DNA of 64,000 bases, taken from assembly GCF_000143415.4 (NCBI RefSeq), contig NW_003314285.1:145102-209101 (forward strand). The letters run 5' to 3'. Of the stretch, positions 62,023-64,000 are shown in pieces; position 1 is the first letter of the stretch; each line of letters starts with the position of its first letter. The DNA is from Selaginella moellendorffii (Eukaryota; Plantae; Lycopodiophyta). A program made the translations under genes and the position numbers. The notes under the pieces were generated by a model that ran no database searches, was not told where the DNA came from, and saw only the letters and a program-made list of their open reading frames with translations.

Positions 62023-63894
62023 ATGCATCTTCAATTTGGGAGAGACCTTGTTTCTTGGAATATGCTGCTCTCTACTCAGGCAAAGGCTGGAAATATAAAA
62101 CAATGTAGGATTATATTTGATAAGATGCCACTGCACGATATCGTGTCGTGGACTACGATGCTCAGCGCATTTGCTAAGAGTGGGCATTTTGTAGAATCAA
62201 AGGCCTTTTTTGAGATGATGCCTTGTTGGAGCCTGGCATCCTACAATTCCATGCTTGCTCTTGGAGACTTGCATGAAGTTAAAGATTTTTTCAAATCAAT
62301 GCCACAAAGGAATCTCATCTCTTATAACGCATTACTTCACAAATGCTCCCAGAGTGCTAACGCAAACCAAGCAAAATCTCTTCTAGATGCCATGCCCGAA
62401 AGAGATTCCGTGTCGTGGACATCCATGATGACAGCATATGCTCGTACAGGGCAAATGTCCAGGGCTGAAGAAACGTTCGCTGCAATGCCGGAGAAGAATC
62501 TTGTGTCATGGAATGCTATACTATCTCAATATGCCCAAGTTGGGCATATTTGGGATATAGAGCGCATTTTCGAGGAGATGCCGGCTAGGAATATCATTTC
62601 CTGGAACACAGTTCTGGGTGCGTATTCTCAACACGACGTAGAGAAAGGCGCACTTTTTTTTCAGCATATGCCTTATAGAAATGTGGTATCTTGGAACTCA
62701 ATGCTTTCGGGATATGCCCACAATGGGCATATCCACCAAACCGTTCGCTTCTTTGAGTGTATACCCGAACTAGACATTGTGTCGGTGACAATATTCCTTC
62801 CCGTGTGTGGGAATCTTCCGCAGGCGCGCTCCTTGTTTGAAAAGATCCCCGAGCACAACCTTCCATTGTGCTGCGCGATGCTCTCGGCATATTCCCATTT
62901 TGGGCGATTGGATGGAGTGTGGTCATTTTTTTCATCGTTGCCGTGGCAAAACCTGGCCTGCTGGAATGCCGTACTGTCTAGCCACATAAGAAATGGATGC
63001 CCGTACAAAACTATGGAGATTTTTACCACCCAAATGCCAGAACATGATAGTTCATCATCAACTTCAGTGATGTTAGCACATATCCAAACTGGAAACATCG
63101 AAAACGCAAAGTTTGTATTTGACACAATGCCTGAGAGAACACCAGCTGCTTGGAATGCTATGATAGAAGCATTCTTTTCAATTGGGGATATTTCCTCCGC
63201 TACAAAGATGTTTTCCTCAATGCCGCACAGGAGCCCAAGCAGCTGGAACACAGTGCTATCTGCTTATGCCCAAGCCGGGCATATTGATATTGCTAAAGGG
63301 ATTTTTGCGTCAACTCCACACCGCAATGTTGTTTCATGGACTTCAATGATAGCTGCAAATGCCCAAGTCGGGGATCTTGTCGAAGTGAGAAAACTGTTCG
63401 AGTCAATGCCAGAAGGGGATCCAGTAGCATGGAGCTCTATTCTTTCGGCATATGCCCAGAGAGGGGAATCTCTAGCAACCATTGCCACCTTCACAAATAT
63501 GAAACTTTTCGACATGCCAGATAAAAATTGTTTCTTGGCAGCTTTGCTCGCTTGCACCCACGAAGGTAGAGTCGAGTCCGCGAAAGAATACTTTGTTGGC
63601 ATGGCTGTGGACTTTGGCGTGGATCCAGGGATGGAGCACTACTGCTGCCTTGTTGATGTCTTGGCTAGAGCTGGACAGCTTGGGAGCGCGCTGGAGCTTG
63701 CCGCGAGCATGCCTTTCGAGGCTGGAGCTTGGCAGTGGAGAAAGCTACTGGCAGCTTGTAGAAGCTTTGGCGATGTCGGCTATGGCATTCAAGCAGCCAA
63801 GTACTTTCTTTCGTCTAGGCCGCGAGACTCAACAGCTTATGTGTTTCTTTCGAGCCTTGTGAACGATCCAATTCAGTCCAAGGTTTCGATCTGA
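62023..63894 (+). CDS. PLS-class pentatricopeptide repeat protein (E-type), possibly N-terminally truncated
   Basis: 623-aa intronless ORF of tandem short PPR motifs, ending HYCCLVDVLARAGQL...MPFEA..W..LLAAC. Confidence 0.9.
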   Translation: MHLQFGRDLVSWNMLLSTQAKAGNIKQCRIIFDKMPLHDIVSWTTMLSAFAKSGHFVESKAFFEMMPCWSLASYNSMLALGDLHEVKDFFKSMPQRNLISYNALLHKCSQSANANQAKSLLDAMPERDSVSWTSMMTAYARTGQMSRAEETFAAMPEKNLVSWNAILSQYAQVGHIWDIERIFEEMPARNIISWNTVLGAYSQHDVEKGALFFQHMPYRNVVSWNSMLSGYAHNGHIHQTVRFFECIPELDIVSVTIFLPVCGNLPQARSLFEKIPEHNLPLCCAMLSAYSHFGRLDGVWSFFSSLPWQNLACWNAVLSSHIRNGCPYKTMEIFTTQMPEHDSSSSTSVMLAHIQTGNIENAKFVFDTMPERTPAAWNAMIEAFFSIGDISSATKMFSSMPHRSPSSWNTVLSAYAQAGHIDIAKGIFASTPHRNVVSWTSMIAANAQVGDLVEVRKLFESMPEGDPVAWSSILSAYAQRGESLATIATFTNMKLFDMPDKNCFLAALLACTHEGRVESAKEYFVGMAVDFGVDPGMEHYCCLVDVLARAGQLGSALELAASMPFEAGAWQWRKLLAACRSFGDVGYGIQAAKYFLSSRPRDSTAYVFLSSLVNDPIQSKVSI

Positions 63895-64000
63895 TGCAAC
63901 AATCTTCTCAGCTGGAAACACTCCTCAATTCTTTCAGTTTGTTAAGACAAAAGGAAATAAGAAACACTGGATAGCTTGGACCTTACTGATCTCCGAGAAC

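Overview
Plant genomic DNA. The compact genes, ~50-nt introns and intronless PLS-type PPR genes suggest Selaginella (lycophyte), which is an inference. The first ~36 kb is a nest of LTR retrotransposons: a decayed chromovirus-type Ty3/gypsy element, an older decayed gypsy, and several solo LTRs with clear 5-bp TSDs. A 13.1-kb DNA transposon-like element (16070-29152) is inserted cleanly into one of these solo LTRs. It has 22-bp subterminal inverted repeats and essentially no TSD. On + it carries a DDD/E-type (Sola/DUF7869-like) transposase. Divergently on - it carries a multi-exon gene combining a ParB-like domain, a degenerate N6A/N4C DNA-methyltransferase-like fold and an FCP1-like HAD phosphatase domain. 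The element is studded with ~25 copies of a 22-bp palindrome (ATGGCRTG-N6-CAYGCCAT), several of which form the core of very short introns; I saw none outside it. This candidate ParB/parS-like module on a eukaryotic transposon is the main finding. The last ~28 kb is gene-rich: SAC3A, two PPR genes, PGDH, a trihelix-like protein, a motor-less MyTH4-FERM protein, an aspartic protease, and three paralogous intronless small secreted Cys-rich proteins.
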